Shown: positions 13,099 through 26,799, counted from the first letter of the stretch. The stretch: 55,850 nt of DNA from Ancylonema sp. (GCA_050230475.1 JBFLGF010000180.1:1-55850), one strand, 5' to 3'. Numbers and translations: made by a program. Notes: generated by a model not told the origin, from the sequence alone.

Positions 13099-13576
13099 AC
13101 CAAACACCTTTTTCTAGAAACAACGAGAAGAACCACATGCAAAGCCTTGTAACCGGGCCAGTGGTATTTTTGCAATTGAAGGCTCATTTGTTCGGTCAAT
13201 TCACACCTACGCATGTGCTTCTTGGGTTGTGGTGTATCGTTTTTTTTCTCTCAAAATTTTGAAGAATGGTGGTTGAGCACAGGCGCATTGGGTGCACCAT
13301 GTACTCGCAATGCCACATGTTTCGTGAAAAAAACTTCGATGCAAAGCATGACTTGCCAAAACTTTCGAGATATGAATTGTTGGATATTTTTGGCTTGTTG
13401 CACACCGATCATTTACAGTTTTGTGGTACAGAATGAAGGTGGTCCAATCTGAAGAAAATTCACACAAATGGTAGTATAGATAATCAGAATCGGGCTTTCG
13501 CAAAATCTTGCCAATTTGGAACGCACTCTGGGTCTAGGGGACGTCAATTGTGCTCGTATAGCCGTCGTGAGCCCCA

Positions 13577-13578
<2 letters not shown>

Positions 13579-13619
<41 letters not shown>

Positions 13620-13672
13620 GTGGTGGGTGTGTTGGTGTGTGTGTGCGTGGGTGTCTATGCGCGTGGGTGCGT
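13579..13672 (+). repeat. (TG)n microsatellite with degenerate tail
   Basis: About 18 perfect TG units followed by imperfect GT-rich sequence. Confidence 0.95.
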
Positions 13673-14790
13673 GCTCTTCAGTAACGGTAACCAGGATGTT
13701 ATTTTCGCTCTCATTGTTGACATAGCATTGTCGATATTCGACAATATCTTTTGACAGCTTTGACAATCATGTCACAAATGCCTTGTATTAAAATCTATCG
13801 CATTGATATATATTTTATGTTGATTGTATCAGTATGTGCTTGCAAGTGCACCACCAATGTCTGTCGTTCCATATATTAGCTGAACTGAAGAGACGAAATC
13901 CAGCATCACATCGGTCTGTACCATCCAATCAGACCGATATTGTGACTTGTGTCAAGGCGAAGAAAATCAAGTTGTGGGCTTGTTGCTCGAATAACATCGA
14001 GTTTTGTATCATTGCGCAAGTTTTGAAGTGCTTCAAATCAACTTGTCATGCAACACTATTCTGCTAACACTTCATCAGCGTAGCACACCTTTAGTCATAG
14101 GCACATAACGTGTCAACCGTGAGTGTGTCAAGAAGTGTTGAGAAAACATCAACCTCGATTGTTGGGCTTAGGTGCAATGACCATGGGGCATTTTATTATC
14201 AACTTCCCTTGGTGAATTGCTTGAAACACTAACATATTACCTGAAACAATGATCATCACTTCCTAATTACGCGCTGGAAACCTTTCATGCGACCATGCGA
14301 TTACAACAAAGTTGCACAACGCAGATGAATTGTGAACTCGGCCTCGAGTTCAGAAAGTATTTGCACCACAGGAAAGACAAATATTATGTTGAAGTTAACC
14401 TTTGTTTTTAGGTGTGGTCATAATATTTCCATTCACTAGTTTGAGGACATTGCAAAAGTTGACAACCGACAATATCAGCGACAGGTAATGCATCCGTGTG
14501 CTTCTTCTCACCCAACCTATTGTGGCAATGCACATTCTCTTTTCCGCAAGTGGCGCAATGTTAAAGTCGAAGCAAATACCACAAAATACATGAGACAAAA
14601 GAGCCCTAATGGACCTCAATCGCAGATTTCAGTCCATGAATACATGGTTTGGTTGGCTGGTGAATTGTGGAGGCCCCTTGCCCCTCGATTTGGCGAGGGT
14701 TTTGGTCCAACCAGGTTTGAAGGTCCATATTTCCAAATTCTAGAGTAGGCTCTGTGAGCGATTGTAGTCTTCAGATACCACACACCGCCT

Positions 14791-16619
14791 TCAACCCTCT
14801 TCCCACTCTAACTCCTCTCCTTTCCCGTTCTCCTCTCCTCCCGTCTCCATTTCTTGTGACCCCCCCCCCTCTCCATCTTCCCACACCGTATCCTGCTCCT
14901 CCCCTTCAAACCCGTCATCCCACACCACTTTTGCCTCTGCCTCCTGCTCCCCATCCCCTTTCATTTGCACCCCCACAGACGCCTGCTCCCTGAGGGCTGC
15001 ATAGTACGCTTCGTAATACGCAGCCAGCCGCCTCTTCTCTGCCTCCTCCTCTGCAGATCCGCCTGCAGCACCCTCCTCACTCTCCCTGTTTCCTTCAGAG
15101 GGCGCCTCTCCCCTCTGCGCAGCACTCAACTCCATGGCCTCCGTGCGGGCCCACACGGGAATCACTGTCTGTACGGGCTGCTCCGCCCCTCCCCCCCCCT
15201 CCCTCCCTGCTCCCCCCACCACCTCCACGAGTTTGGCCTCCACAGTGGTCTCCCCAGCCAACAGCATAGGAGCGAGTGCTGCTCCTCCCCTGCTCCCGCT
15301 GCCCTTGGCCCCCCCTGGCGGCCCCACGTCCATGGCCTGCGCGCGCATAGCGGGGGTGGCCGTCCGCTCCCACTCCTCCAGCGGGGGGCAGGGTGGGAAG
15401 GAGAGGAGTTTCACAATCCCCAGCTGCTTCTCAAGAGGCTCCAGCTGCACCTGCACTTCAAAAGCCCAGTCAGCCAGCCACCTCATCGCACCATCCCCAA
15501 CTAGACGTTACCTGCATTCGCCCGTGCATGTCAGCTGCGCGATTGCGTTTGGAAAGCCGCTGGGCTCCATCTTCCCCAGACCCCCCTGCCCCCACCCCCC
15601 CCCCCCCTCCGCTTTCCACCTCCAGCTCCGCGTGGCAGCATTCGCAGTGGAAGTTGAGGGTGAGGGGGTCCAGGCAGCGGTCCACTTCCAGCGCCGTGTA
15701 CTTCTTCCCGCACTCCTCCCTGGGGCACTTGTAGTGCTGCACCGTGTCCTTGTCCTCCATCCCTTCCTTCACCTGCGATTGGGCGCGATGCAAGCGCAGC
15801 CGCCACACGTCATAGATCTGCCCGTAGTCGAGGGCGCAGTAGCTGTGGGTGTGCTGCTTGGTTTTGCTCTCTGCACCCTCCTCCTCCTTGTCCTCCTCCT
15901 CGCCGCCCTCCCCCTCCCGGACAGCACTGGCCACAAGTTTCTTTAATCGCTTGGTGGCACGGACGTTCTGCACGCACCTCCCAGCTTATGAGCCACACGT
16001 TCTGGGGCCTTCTTCACCGAGAACATTGACCAAACCTCTTTGCGGTGACGGCGAACCACCAAAAGTTCCTCCTCAAGGGCTTTCAGAGTGCGGCGAAGTT
16101 GCTTTGGGTGGAGCTGCAGCTTGGCGGCCAGTACCTCTTCTTTCACCCACTGATGTCTGCGTTAAGCGACGAGGAGGTCAACACAGAGCCCCGCAGAATG
16201 AGGGATCGCTAGTGACCACATGTGCATTCAACAAACCAACCTCGTCAATGCATCCAGGATGACCACTGCGATGCCCCTATTCTCAAATTTCTCCCCCTTG
16301 GCGTTAGAAGGGCCTCTTGGAGGGAACTCCTCGTCATAAAAGGCACGCGCGAGATATTTGACCAGTCTGTACCCATCGCAAGCTGACAAATCAGAACAAC
16401 CATCAAACTTTAACATTCTGCATTTTAATGATGATCTTTGCATATCCGCTTTCCTGGCTGAGCCACAACGCCCTGTCAAACCAGGAGCAGGTACACTGTG
16501 TGTCTATATGGTGAGGAAGCTGGATGGGGCAACCAACTCCAATTAACCACAAGCAAATGGTACGGAATCTCCAACGTGAGTGTGGTTTCGTACTTCCGGA
16601 AAGGATCCTGAGAAGCCAT
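14791..16619 (-). CDS. GTF2E1: General transcription factor IIE subunit alpha, ~462 aa
   Basis: Exons 16619-16594, 16366-16241, 16156-16036, 15967-15512 and 15450-14791, all GT-AG and in frame. Sequence MASQDPFRKLVKYLARAFYD...RGIAVVILDALTRHQWVKEE..LHPKQLRRTL, zinc ribbon CPREEC...CECC, acidic tail ending EWEEG. Confidence 0.92.
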
Positions 16620-17122
16620 TTTCCGCCTCCAGCATGCGGGCGTGAAGCGTCCAACACCGTCACAGGACACTGGCGCCCGTCATTATTGCAATGTAGCTAC
16701 CTCTTGTAGCCTCTTGTACCTCTTGTCCGGACACAGTTGCACGAGTTGCACGACACTCAAACCCCCTCCGACCTGGCGTATCCGAGACGGCGACGCGGAC
16801 GGACACCGGTACGTCAGATTTCGTCACGGCTGCAAAACTTGTTGTACAGTCCAGATATGCTAATATTGTTCCTGATAGCCAAATATTTTCGGAATATTTT
16901 GTTTTAATCACGGTTAAATTGTACGGGTTTGAAGTAGTTAATTTCGTTTCCGCGCATACGTGCTTTTGGATTACACTGGATGAAGCGATGTCCGTGCCAT
17001 TTGTCAGCGACTAGCCCTGCCTACAGGCCACCCAGTCCGACACTAGGATGCAGATTATGTCTCTACCGACACTGGTGCTACTTATTTTCAGTGTCCTCAT
17101 TAGTCGACTTTCTTTATCCCCC

Positions 17123-17279
17123 GTGAACGATACGCGTCTCGTATCCGATGCGTTTCCAATACGATACGGCGTTTCGGCGATTTTCGCCCCGTATCGAGAT
17201 TCCGATACGGCCCGTATCGTATCGTGTGGACGCGCATATCGTATGGGACACACGATACGCGTGTCCGAGTCAAACTTGA
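17123..17279. repeat. Cluster of CGATAC/GTATCG motifs in both orientations; probable subterminal region of a hAT-like MITE
   Basis: About nine CGATAC/GTATCG-like motifs in 150 bp, ending GTGTCCGAGTCAAACTTG. TSD not identified. Confidence 0.45.
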
Positions 17280-18743
17280 GTACATGGGGCTAATAATATG
17301 CCTACAAAACAAGCGTTACGGCGGGCAATATTATTTATAACGATAAAGAAATTGCGTCCTTTTGCCAAAAGATAAAATTGCCTATTTTTGTTTTATAAAC
17401 AAAAAAAAAACTATAGGCTTAATAGGTAGAACAGTCAGAGACGACAGTGATGAAGGCCACGATTACGGGAACGTGCTGGGGAACTTGGACACTGAATGCG
17501 ACGGTATTGCAGCGGACATACGGGAACGATATGAGGAGCAAGACATCGTTCGAGCATTGTAGTTGTATAGGGCCGTACGCATAAGTAAGTATAAGGCAAT
17601 CAGTAATAGCCTTAGAACGAGGTACGCACTAATGAATAGACTTTGTTATAAAAAGAATTGTACTTGCTCTCTATGAAGCGAACAAAAACTCAAAAAATCA
17701 TCAAGAAGTCTTTAAGCTTATTTGACTGTATGCATGCTAGGTTGACTAGTGGAATATCAAGCATCGTGTAAGTTACACAAACTTTTAAAAGTTAAGAAGT
17801 TATACAAGCCGTTTATGCATAAAGTTGATGGTTTGAGCAACACATTGCACATTTTCTGCAAAATGTAGTCAAGCATTACATATGTGAAACGGTCATTATC
17901 ATCGACCCCATCTTCAATAAATGCGGGCCTGCCGAAATGATCATCAATAATTTTATCATGGGCTTTATTATGTGGTCTCGCTTGTTTGCGTTTATGACCA
18001 CCCGTTTATATTCTCTCTAGCATCTTCAACGTCTCATTATCCTACTCAGCCTAACGTATTCAAGCCTGGCCGCAGCATATATCGCGTCGTCAATTGCGTC
18101 CCATCCGACGACCCATTTTGCAAACTCATCGAACTCATCGCGGGCCCCCAGGGCAGCCGTAAATCTACATGACAACACATCCAGAATAGTGAGTTTTAGT
18201 AAGGTGGCTGGAGTGAGAGTTGCGATCAGTGTGGCTGTCACACTTGCACCATAGACTTAGACGTGCGTCTAAGTATGGTTTCGCTCGCGTGACCGATCAA
18301 GGGGTATCAAGAAGTACGAGAAGGGTACGATCGAAACGAAGTGATATGATCATAAAATCGGCCTCTTTCAGGCGATCATTTTTTCGTGAAAACATAGGTT
18401 TTGAGAAGAGACCTCTCGATACCCGAAATCACTTCACGTCGTTAACCGGCGGTTTTCATCAAAAAGAGATTACAAGAAGTTACGGCCCATATACCATTCT
18501 CTTAAAAGACAAGAAAATTGGACATGCTGTGCAATACTGCAACTAAAAACAAACCCATAAGCCTTTGCGGCGCCCACTAATATACCAATACACACAAAAC
18601 TGGTACATACCCTAAACATATTTTTCGCACTTCCAAACCACGATGCGCCTCTCTAAAGCGCCATAATTATGCATTCACCCCTCACTAGACACGGTAACGT
18701 TGTAAATCTAACACAGCTTCCTTAGCTTAAAGGTGTCTTACTT

Positions 18744-18977
18744 CTACCCACGGAATCTAGACATACCAATCATTTTCATTTTCACTTTTATAACACTTGT
18801 ACCAACTACTTTTCCAATGAGAAAATCTGCTTCCGCATAGAGGGCATGACACATATTGTTCGCTCCATTCCACTTCACACACTCCCCAGCCTTGAACAGC
18901 AGGCCCAAAGTTGTTGTCCCCTTTAAGTACCTCAGCACCCATTCTACCCATCTTGGCTTGTCGACCACTAAACACAC
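18744..18977 (-). mobile_element. Ty1/Copia pol fragment (RT C-terminus / RNase H start), decayed
   Basis: WVLRYLKGTTTLGLLF...YAEADF matches the Copia (KR)xLRYLKGT..GL.Y...Y.DAD motif. Confidence 0.8.
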
Positions 18978-19399
18978 CCCATTATCCTTGAGCGACTGTA
19001 GCTCTGCATCACACGCCTTCTACCACCCAAGAGCCTCAAGGTTCCTTATCGCCTCACCATGAGTTGGAGGAGCCCCCCCATCAGCCGCCTTTGCGGTCGC
19101 CATTAGCAACCCTTCAAAACGAAGAGTTGGCACTGTTACGTCCATCTTGCTATGGACGGTTTACGCACTTGACAATGCAACCAACAACAAGCACTAATGA
19201 AACTCATCGCCCATACAATGTGCATTCGCATCCCATTCAGACAAGGACACACAATTGCCAGCGTTTTATAAAGTAAGCGTCTAAAAGCTCATACTTGGAT
19301 ACAGTTTGGCAATCCCATTTTTCGCCCTAGTGCAGCTTGCGAAGTCTTGACCTGCTTTCTGCTCTAGATGCCGATTTCAGTTTATCTAAATCACCAATA

Positions 19400-19752
19400 C
19401 GTGCCATGTGTCCCATGTGTCGGACAAAGATGCTCTAACACTCGTGACGTGCGCCCAACGCATTCCGATCAGCCGAAATTCAAACAGTAACAATGGCCAC
19501 TGACATTTAGGCACGTTCAGTCCAGTTCGTGCGATTAATATCCGAGACGAATAATCATGTCATGCCCCTGCAGTACCGGACTAGCTATATAGTACCGGAT
19601 TAGCTACTAATGCGAATTTATGCCCTTTACAACATTCTCCCTCTCATACTTTCGACTAAATCTTATTCCTAGCCACTAGTCATACCCATCAAAAACTTCC
19701 CAATATCCAACACCTTTACTCCCACATGCTTGGTCAGCTGATGAGCTACCAT
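19400..19752 (-). mobile_element. Ty1/Copia 3' end: RNase H C-terminus, polypurine tract and start of 3' LTR
   Basis: The minus strand reads MVAHQLTKHVGVKVLDIGKFLMGM (cf. ADxLTK). It is followed by purine tract GAGAGGGAGAA (19645-19635) and immediately TGTTG at 19634. The distal LTR end was not located, so the start coordinate is approximate. Confidence 0.65.
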
Positions 19753-20169
19753 CGACAACTGCATACACATCTATGTCATTATCGACGGCTGATTGCTTGT
19801 CATCATCACATCATTAATTTTACGACCCTATGGCAATCTCGCCTTGGGATTCTAGAAAGAGGATTTAAAACATGAGTAGATCGGATAAGCATTTGGGGGG
19901 GGAATACGTTTAAAGGGTAATGTAAACATGTTTTCAGGGTATTTTAAGAAATTAGGGTTTCGGATCGGGCGCTTTTGGCAGAAAGGGACTTGTGCCACGT
20001 GTTTTAGTTTTTGATTTGAAACGGTACGTCAACCTTTTCGTTGTAACTATATGGGAATTCCGTCGTTCGCGTTATATAAACTTGTATTTTCCCTCTACTA
20101 TTCACGCATGCACATTCTTGACGTCCCCATTCACATATGCCCATCCACTTCATTCTCTAACCATCCCGC

Positions 20170-20627
20170 CCAGGTTGTAGGCACACAAAAAAGGGCGATT
20201 CTGTGCCTATAACGAATTACGACGTCATAAAACATGCTGGCGCGATAGTTGTGGTCACACGTTTGGGATATACAAGTCGCTATGTTCGTTAGTGCGGTTG
20301 CACGTGCATGTGTATTCGTTATAGCGGTGCACAACGTGTGCGCGGGTAGGCGATTCTAGGTAGAAGGAGAGAGTGAATATGATACCATTGCGAGTATTCA
20401 CACCCCAATCAGCAAATAAGACAATATTTCATGGTGATTTTTTTTCGGCGACATGGCAGACGAAGTTCACGAACACTGAAAGCAAAATTTTCCCTCGTTA
20501 CAGACATATCTGCCTCAGGGCCCCTGGCAAATAAGCCTGTAACGCGATGTCCACGTTACAGACTGAAACACGTCATAGGCATACATTTCCCGTGAACCAA
20601 ATTTATGCCTATAACGAGTATTTACTG
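20170..20627. mobile_element. Truncated pogo/Tc1-mariner-like non-autonomous element; right TIR intact ~105 bp upstream of the BRM ATG
   Basis: Ends ...GCCTATAACGAGTATTTACTG|TA. Carries GTGCCTATAACG-type subterminal motifs. Similar to 44136-44200, 45430-45459, 46754-46959 and 51760-51830. Confidence 0.6.
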
Positions 20628-20731
20628 TACCAGCATTTCGTGGCGGTCAGTCAACTCGAGCGCGCCTTTCCAGTGTGACTTCCGGCTTTCCTGCCATTGC
20701 CGTCCACGACTACTGAGGGAAGCGGGGGGGC

Positions 20732-23700
20732 ATGTCGACCCCTGTCGATCCTCGCGGTGGTACGATGCGAGCGGCCAACCCGTGGATGAACTACGGGCAG
20801 TCAAGAAACGCTTCTTCTGAAAATGGCACCACGAGTCAGGCTGGTGTAGCGGTGATTGGTGGTGTCCCTCACCACTTGGCTGCTCTTCAGCAAGCAGCTC
20901 ATAGGCCACTAGGCGGGCAATCTGGACATCTGCCTGAAAAGGGCAGGGCTCCAACAGGGTTGTCGGGAATCGGTAGGGGCGAAGCACTGCCAGTTGCTTC
21001 GGGCGTAGGGCCCCGAGGACCAGTGGGGCAGGCCACCCTCACAAATGACGCGCAAGGTCAGAGAGAGACCTTGGACCGAAAACCGCAGAAGGCTTCTGCC
21101 GGTGGAGGGGGACCTATTACCAAGCAGCAACTCACCGTTTTGAGGGCCCAGATTCTGGTGTTCAGGAAAATGAAGGTGAGAAATTCGGGTGGGGCCGTTG
21201 TATGTTTCATCTTCATCCGTTACGCAAAGACCGGGCGCTGGCTGGCTGTTCGTGCACAGAAGGGCGAGCTTGTCCGGCGCGAGGAGATTCTGCAACAAAT
21301 TACACCCGAGCCTCTTCTGCAGCCCCACCTCGCCAACTTCCGGACAGCGCCTCTGAGCGGCTTCGCGGCTGATCAAGGCAAGCCCTCGGGCCGAGAGAGT
21401 GAGGTCGGAAACCCAAAGCCAGAGAAGGAGAGAGGGAAACCCAACTTTGGTCCAATGTCGATCGACGTGCCCACAGTTGGTGAAACCGTGAGGCCCCCTT
21501 CGGTTCCCAATGCGGTGAAAGACGAAAGGACGGATGAGCAGAAGCGGGTGGCCAAAGAAGAGGACCGGAAGAAGCGGAGGAAAGAAATGAGACGGGCCAA
21601 AGTGGCCGCGCTACGATCGGAGGCCGACCGAGGAATGCCAACCCCATCTGTACCGCAGGAAGCAGAGGGCAGGGGAGGGAGGGGGATGGCACGCTACGAG
21701 GGACCGCTGTTCGGCCTCCCCCCTCTAAGCCTGGCGGGGAGGAACGTTGTGGGGGAAAGTCTGGGGTTCAGTGCCGGGGAGGTGTTGGCGGAGGAAGGTG
21801 GGCGAGTGCTGAAGCGCAGGAGGGAAAGTGAGGTGGTGGAGCTGGGCAGGGTCTTGTCGGTGCGACGGGGAGGGTTGGGGGGGCAGCAGAGGAGAAAGCT
21901 ACAGATCCGCCACAAGCTGCTGCACTGCCTCGCCCTCCAGTCGGCGCTGCGGGCGGAGGTGGAGGCGGATGCAGGGGCCATCGCCGCAATGGGAGAGCGC
22001 TCCTATCGCACTTTCTTGCAATGGGCCGACACGCAGAAGGCGGAGATTGTGAAGCAGAGCGTGGCGGCGCACAAGGCAAGCCGGGAGCGGTTCCTGAAAG
22101 CCCTCTTCGGGCAGCGCAAGACCCGCATGGAGGCGCAGTGGGCGGCGCGGGAGGGCAGAGGGGCGCGCAACCGCGGGGTGATCAGGTGCCACGAGAAGAT
22201 GCAGCGGGACGCCGCCAAGAAGAAGGACGAGGACCACACCAAGCGCATGGAAGCTCTGAAGAACAACGACGTGGACGCGTACCGCGCGATACTGGAGGAG
22301 CAGCAGGAGAGCATGGTGCCGGGGGACGCCAAGGAGCGGTTCGAGGTCCTCACCTCTTTCCTCTCGCAGACGGAGGAGTACCTGAAGAAGCTGGGGGGCA
22401 AGATCTCGGCCGTGAAGAACCAGCAGGAGACGGAGGAGGCGGCTCTCACGGCTGCCAGCAACGCCCGCGCCCGCGGCTGCTCGGAGGAGGAGGTCTCTCA
22501 CGCAGCCCAGGAGGCCGTGGAGGCGCTCTCCAGCACGGACGCCCTCTGGGAGATGGGGGCTGAGGCCAAAGGGGCCGCCGCCGTGAGCCGGTACTACAGT
22601 CTGGCCCACAGCGTGCGGGAGGTGGTGGTGCGCCAGCCCTCGCAGCTGCGGGCGGGCACTCTGAGGGACTACCAGCTGGTGGGGCTGCAGTGGATGCTGT
22701 CCCTGTACAACAACCGCCTGAACGGCATTCTGGCGGACGAGATGGGGCTGGGCAAGACGGTGCAGGTCATGGCCCTCATCGCGTACCTCATGGAGTTCAA
22801 GGGGAACAACGGGCCCCACCTCATCATCGTGCCCAACGCGGTGATGGTGAACTGGAAGAGCGAGCTGCGCGTGTGGGTCCCGCACGTGGCCTGTGTGTAC
22901 TACTGCGGGAACAAGGAGGAGCGCGCCCGCCTGTACGCGCAGGAGGTGGCGGCGCGCAAGTTCAACGTGCTCCTCACCACCTACGAGTTCATCATGCGCG
23001 ACAAGGCCCGGCTGTCGAAGGTGGAGTGGAAGTACCTCGTGATCGACGAGGCGCAGCGCATGAAGGACCGCGAGTCCAAGCTGGCGCGCGACCTCGACAA
23101 GTACCGCTGCCAGCGCCGCCTGCTGCTCACCGGGACGCCCCTCCAGAACGACCTGAACGAGCTCTGGTCGCTGCTCAACCTCCTCCTGCCCGAGGTGTTC
23201 GACAACAGCCGCGCCTTCAACGACGGGTTCGCCACCCCCTTCGCCAGCGCCAAGGAGGGGCCCGGGGCGGGGAGGCAGGAGGCGGACTGGCTGGAGACGG
23301 AGAAGAAGGTGATCGTGATCCACCGCCTGCACCAGATCCTGGAGCCCTTCATGCTGCGGCGCCGGGTGGAGGACGTGGAGGGCAGCCTGCCCCCCAAGAT
23401 CGCCGTGGTGCTCAAGTGCCAGATGTCCTCCTACCAGGCCGCCGTGTATGACTGGGTGCGCGCCACCGGCACCCTCCGCCTGGACCCCGACACGGAGGCG
23501 CAGCGCGTGGCGGGCACGCAGCGCACGCACCGCGCGTACGCCCCCCTGCAGAACCGCTGCATGGAGCTGCGCAAGGTGTGCAACCACCCGTACCTCACTT
23601 ACCCGCCCGCCTTCACCTGCGCCTCGGAGGAGGTGGTGCGCTGCTGCGGCAAGCTGGTGGTGCTGGACCGCATCCTCATGAAGCTCAAGCGCACGGGCCA

Positions 23701-25589
23701 CCGCGTGCTCCTCTTCTGCACCATGACGCGCCTGCTGGACGTGCTGGAGGAGTACCTGGCGTGGAGGAGGCTCACGTTCCGCCGCATCGACGGCACCACT
23801 CCGCTGGACGGGCGGGAGGCGGCCATCGACGACTTCAACCGGAAGGACTCGAGCGTCTTCCTCTTCCTCCTCAGCATCCGAGCTGCCGGGCGGGGCCTGA
23901 ACCTGCAAACGGCCGACACCGTGGTGATCTACGACCCCGACCCCAACCCCAAGAACGAGGAGCAGGCCATCGCCAGAGCGCACAGGATTGGGCAGAAGAA
24001 GGAGGTGAGGGTGGTGTACCTGGAGGCGGTGGGGGAGGCCCAGCCCTTCTTCAAGAAGGAGGACAGGGAGAGGCGGGGGGCGGAGCGGGAGGAGTGGTCG
24101 TCCGGGGAGGAGGGGGAGGGGAGGAGGGAGGCGTTTGTGGGGTCCATCGAGACGCTGGTGCGCAACAACATCCAGCAGCACAAGATCGACATGGCCGACG
24201 AGGTGATCAACGCGGGGCGGTTCGACCAGCACACCACGCAGGAGGAGCGCAGGCAGACCCTGGAGGCGCTGCTCAAGGACGAGATGCGCAACCAGCAGAG
24301 CGTGGGGGGGGTGCCCTCCCTCAAGGAGGTGAACCGCATGATGGCGCGCGGAGAGGAGGAGGAGGCGCTCTTCAACGCAATGGACGAGGAGGAGGAGTGG
24401 CCCGCCCGCATGGCGGACCGCGCAGACGTGCCCGACTGGCTGTGCTGCGGGAGCGCGGAGGTGGAGGGGGCCAAAAACAGCACACTCAAACCGTCGTTGC
24501 GCTCCAAGGGGGTGGGGCCAGGAGGCGGGGGGGGGGAAGAACGCGGGCGGGGAGTGAGGGGAATGAAGGCCGAGGCAGCAAAGAGCAGAGCCGCAGAGGA
24601 GGAGCGGGTGAGGGGGGGGCAGACCGGGGAGGGGTCAGAGGTGGAGGCAGAGGAGGGGAGGGTGGCAGAGGAGGAGGAGGAGGAGGAAGCAGAGGAGGAG
24701 GATTTGTGGAGGAAGGCCGACGTGGCAGAGGCAGAGGAGGGGGCAGGGAAGGAGGATGCAGAGGAGGGGCCAGGAAAGGAGGAGGCGGAGGAGGCAGAGG
24801 AGGGTGAGATAGTGGGCGAGGCAGAAGAGGTGGCGCCAGCAGAGGGGAAGGAGCGCAAGAGGAAGAGACGCTCGAGGCACAAGCGGCGGGCAATGGACGG
24901 GGCGGAGGGAGTGGCGAGGGGGGCACCAGACTTTCCCCCCCAAGTGAAGCGCCAGAGGTCAGGCACGGTGGCGGGCAACCGCCACAAATCTCCCTCCCAG
25001 CTTCCCGCGCAAGGGTGGGGCAGCAGATGGGTTTGGGCGAGGCCCTGCGGGGCTCTGCTGCGAACGCTCTGTGCGGCAGTGGGCCCCACAGGCCGCCCCA
25101 TTGGGCGTCTGCTCACAGAGATCCCGGTAGAGGCGCTGCCGCGGCCCGAGTTGCAGATGGGGGCAATCCAGCGACGGGTGGAGGGGGGAGGGTTCGAAGC
25201 CACCATGGGGTTTGCGGAGTGTGTGGCAGACCTACTGGCGGCCGTGCGGGCGGCTCACCGACACAGGCCAGAGGTAACAGCCCCCCTCCTCACCATGCTG
25301 GCCGCGAATCCCATGGTCTCACGGACACGGGCATGGTGCATGGGGGCAGGTGTCGGAAGACGCGAGGCAGCTGGGGGTCCTTTTCGTCCAAGAAATGGGG
25401 CGTGCTTTCCCACAACTGGAGTGTGCCCACTTGGTGGCGGCGGAGGCAAGGGGAGTGCACAAACACAAGAGGCGGATGAGGGAAGAGGAGAGGGGAAGGA
25501 GTTGGGATCGGGCAGCTGAAGGCTGGCAACGGCCACTGACTGATACAGGGAAGAGGAAAGGTACAGGGATGCAAAGAGCACCCTCATAG
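20732..25589 (+). CDS. BRM: SWI2/SNF2 chromatin-remodelling ATPase, BRAHMA type
   Basis: QLQ motif (QQLTVLRAQILVFRK), HSA-like region, GILADEMGLGKT, DEAQRMKDRESKLARDL, LLLTGTPLQN, AAGRGLNLQTADTV, ARAHRIGQ. Introns 21176-21259 (84 nt, in frame) and 25274-25349 (76 nt). The second intron moves the true end to 25589 and gives PEVSEDARQLGVLFVQEMGRAFP, like the plant BRM bromodomain end. Confidence 0.93.
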
Positions 25590-25813
25590 GTGCTTTGCTT
25601 CTGAATACAAGGGCACATATCTGTACATATTTTGTAACAAATTCGACTTCATCGCAAAGTGCCCAAACCCGTATTCATGCATATCCACCTAGAGGTGCAT
25701 TTCATGAGCATTGGAAGTGAGAAGCATGTAGCATGTGGTGAGGAAAATGTGCGTAGTGCCGCAATGTGTGTGCATCCCAAGAGGGATGTATGAATGAATA
25801 GTTGTGTGTGCGC

Positions 25814-25892
25814 GCATTTGTGCATTTGTGCATTTGTGCATTTGTGCATTTGTGCATTTGTGCATTTGTGCATTTGTGCATTTGTGCATTTG
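25814..25892 (+). repeat. (GCATTTGT)n octamer tandem repeat, ~10 units
   Basis: Seen directly, downstream of BRM. Confidence 0.95.
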
Positions 25893-26799
25893 TACATGCC
25901 GGGATGCTTGCGTGCTTGTGTGAATGCATGCGTGCACGTGTGTCATTAGTAATGGACCTAGATGTCATGTGTATAATGAGAGGTAGCAATCAATGAGGGT
26001 CGCTTTGTTTCGTTAGCCAACTTTGCTGTGTGAGATAGAAATTGTATGAAGTGTCATTGTGCAATGAACTTATATACATAAGTAAAGTTTTGATGGTATT
26101 TACATTACCCATCTTTTGTTTTCTTTTACGTTGGGACCATAACTGTCCATAAAATATATCCATATGACAGTAATCATATAAATTATATATGTACATGGCA
26201 AGGACATGTCGAGGGCGACGACCCAACTCTCGACCTAATCAATGTCCTCCGGAAAGATGACAATATTCATAGCCTAAACATTGTTAACATTTTATCCCTA
26301 CCACGTCTGTAGTAAGTATGTACACATGTGTTCCTTTCATTTTCGATGTGCTTCCTCTATATGCATTCCCACGCCATCGCACGATTTTTCAATGCGACGC
26401 TCAAAAATTGTCAAGTGAGGAGTTGCCCAACCTCTCTTATATTTGAGGTTGGTGGAGGTGAAACACAGAGCCTCGAGCCATGCATGCAACGTAGATTTGC
26501 GAATGATGTCATTATAATTCCAAATGCAGGATTCATAGTGGAGGAATTGCATGTTTAAATTCTGGTTCTCTAATCCTCAAATTGTTCCTTCTATAAAACG
26601 TCATTGGCATTGGCAACTTTCCAAATGTTGTTGTGGACACACATTCAACCGGCTTTGGAGGTGGGGCATTATAGAGTAGAACATCAGCTCCGTGAAAATA
26701 TACTTGTTTCGAACCAGGTCCGGGTTTGGGCGGATCTGAAGAGGCCGGGAAGAAAAACAATTCTTGTAAGAGTTACTACATATAATTTCAGAAAACACA

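Noticed and set aside
13200..14480. Possible decayed DNA-transposase on the minus strand (LDGTD, NDRCATSQK fragments)
   Set aside because: Only two short motifs amid stops; not supportable without a profile search.
19952..19960. TTAGGGTTT telomere or telo-box-like motif (also ~41917)
   Set aside because: Single copies are expected by chance; no array.
21899..24232. 777-aa antisense ORF, plus other long overlapping ORFs in BRM
   Set aside because: Shadow of high-GC3 codon usage on the BRM strand; no recognisable motifs.
6614..25589. SPT2, TFIIE-alpha and BRM as a functional transcription/chromatin gene cluster
   Set aside because: Interleaved with unrelated genes and TEs; nothing in the sequence shows co-regulation.
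25649..25996. ORFs with (HKCTNAQM)n repeats
   Set aside because: Translations of the GCATTTGT microsatellite.
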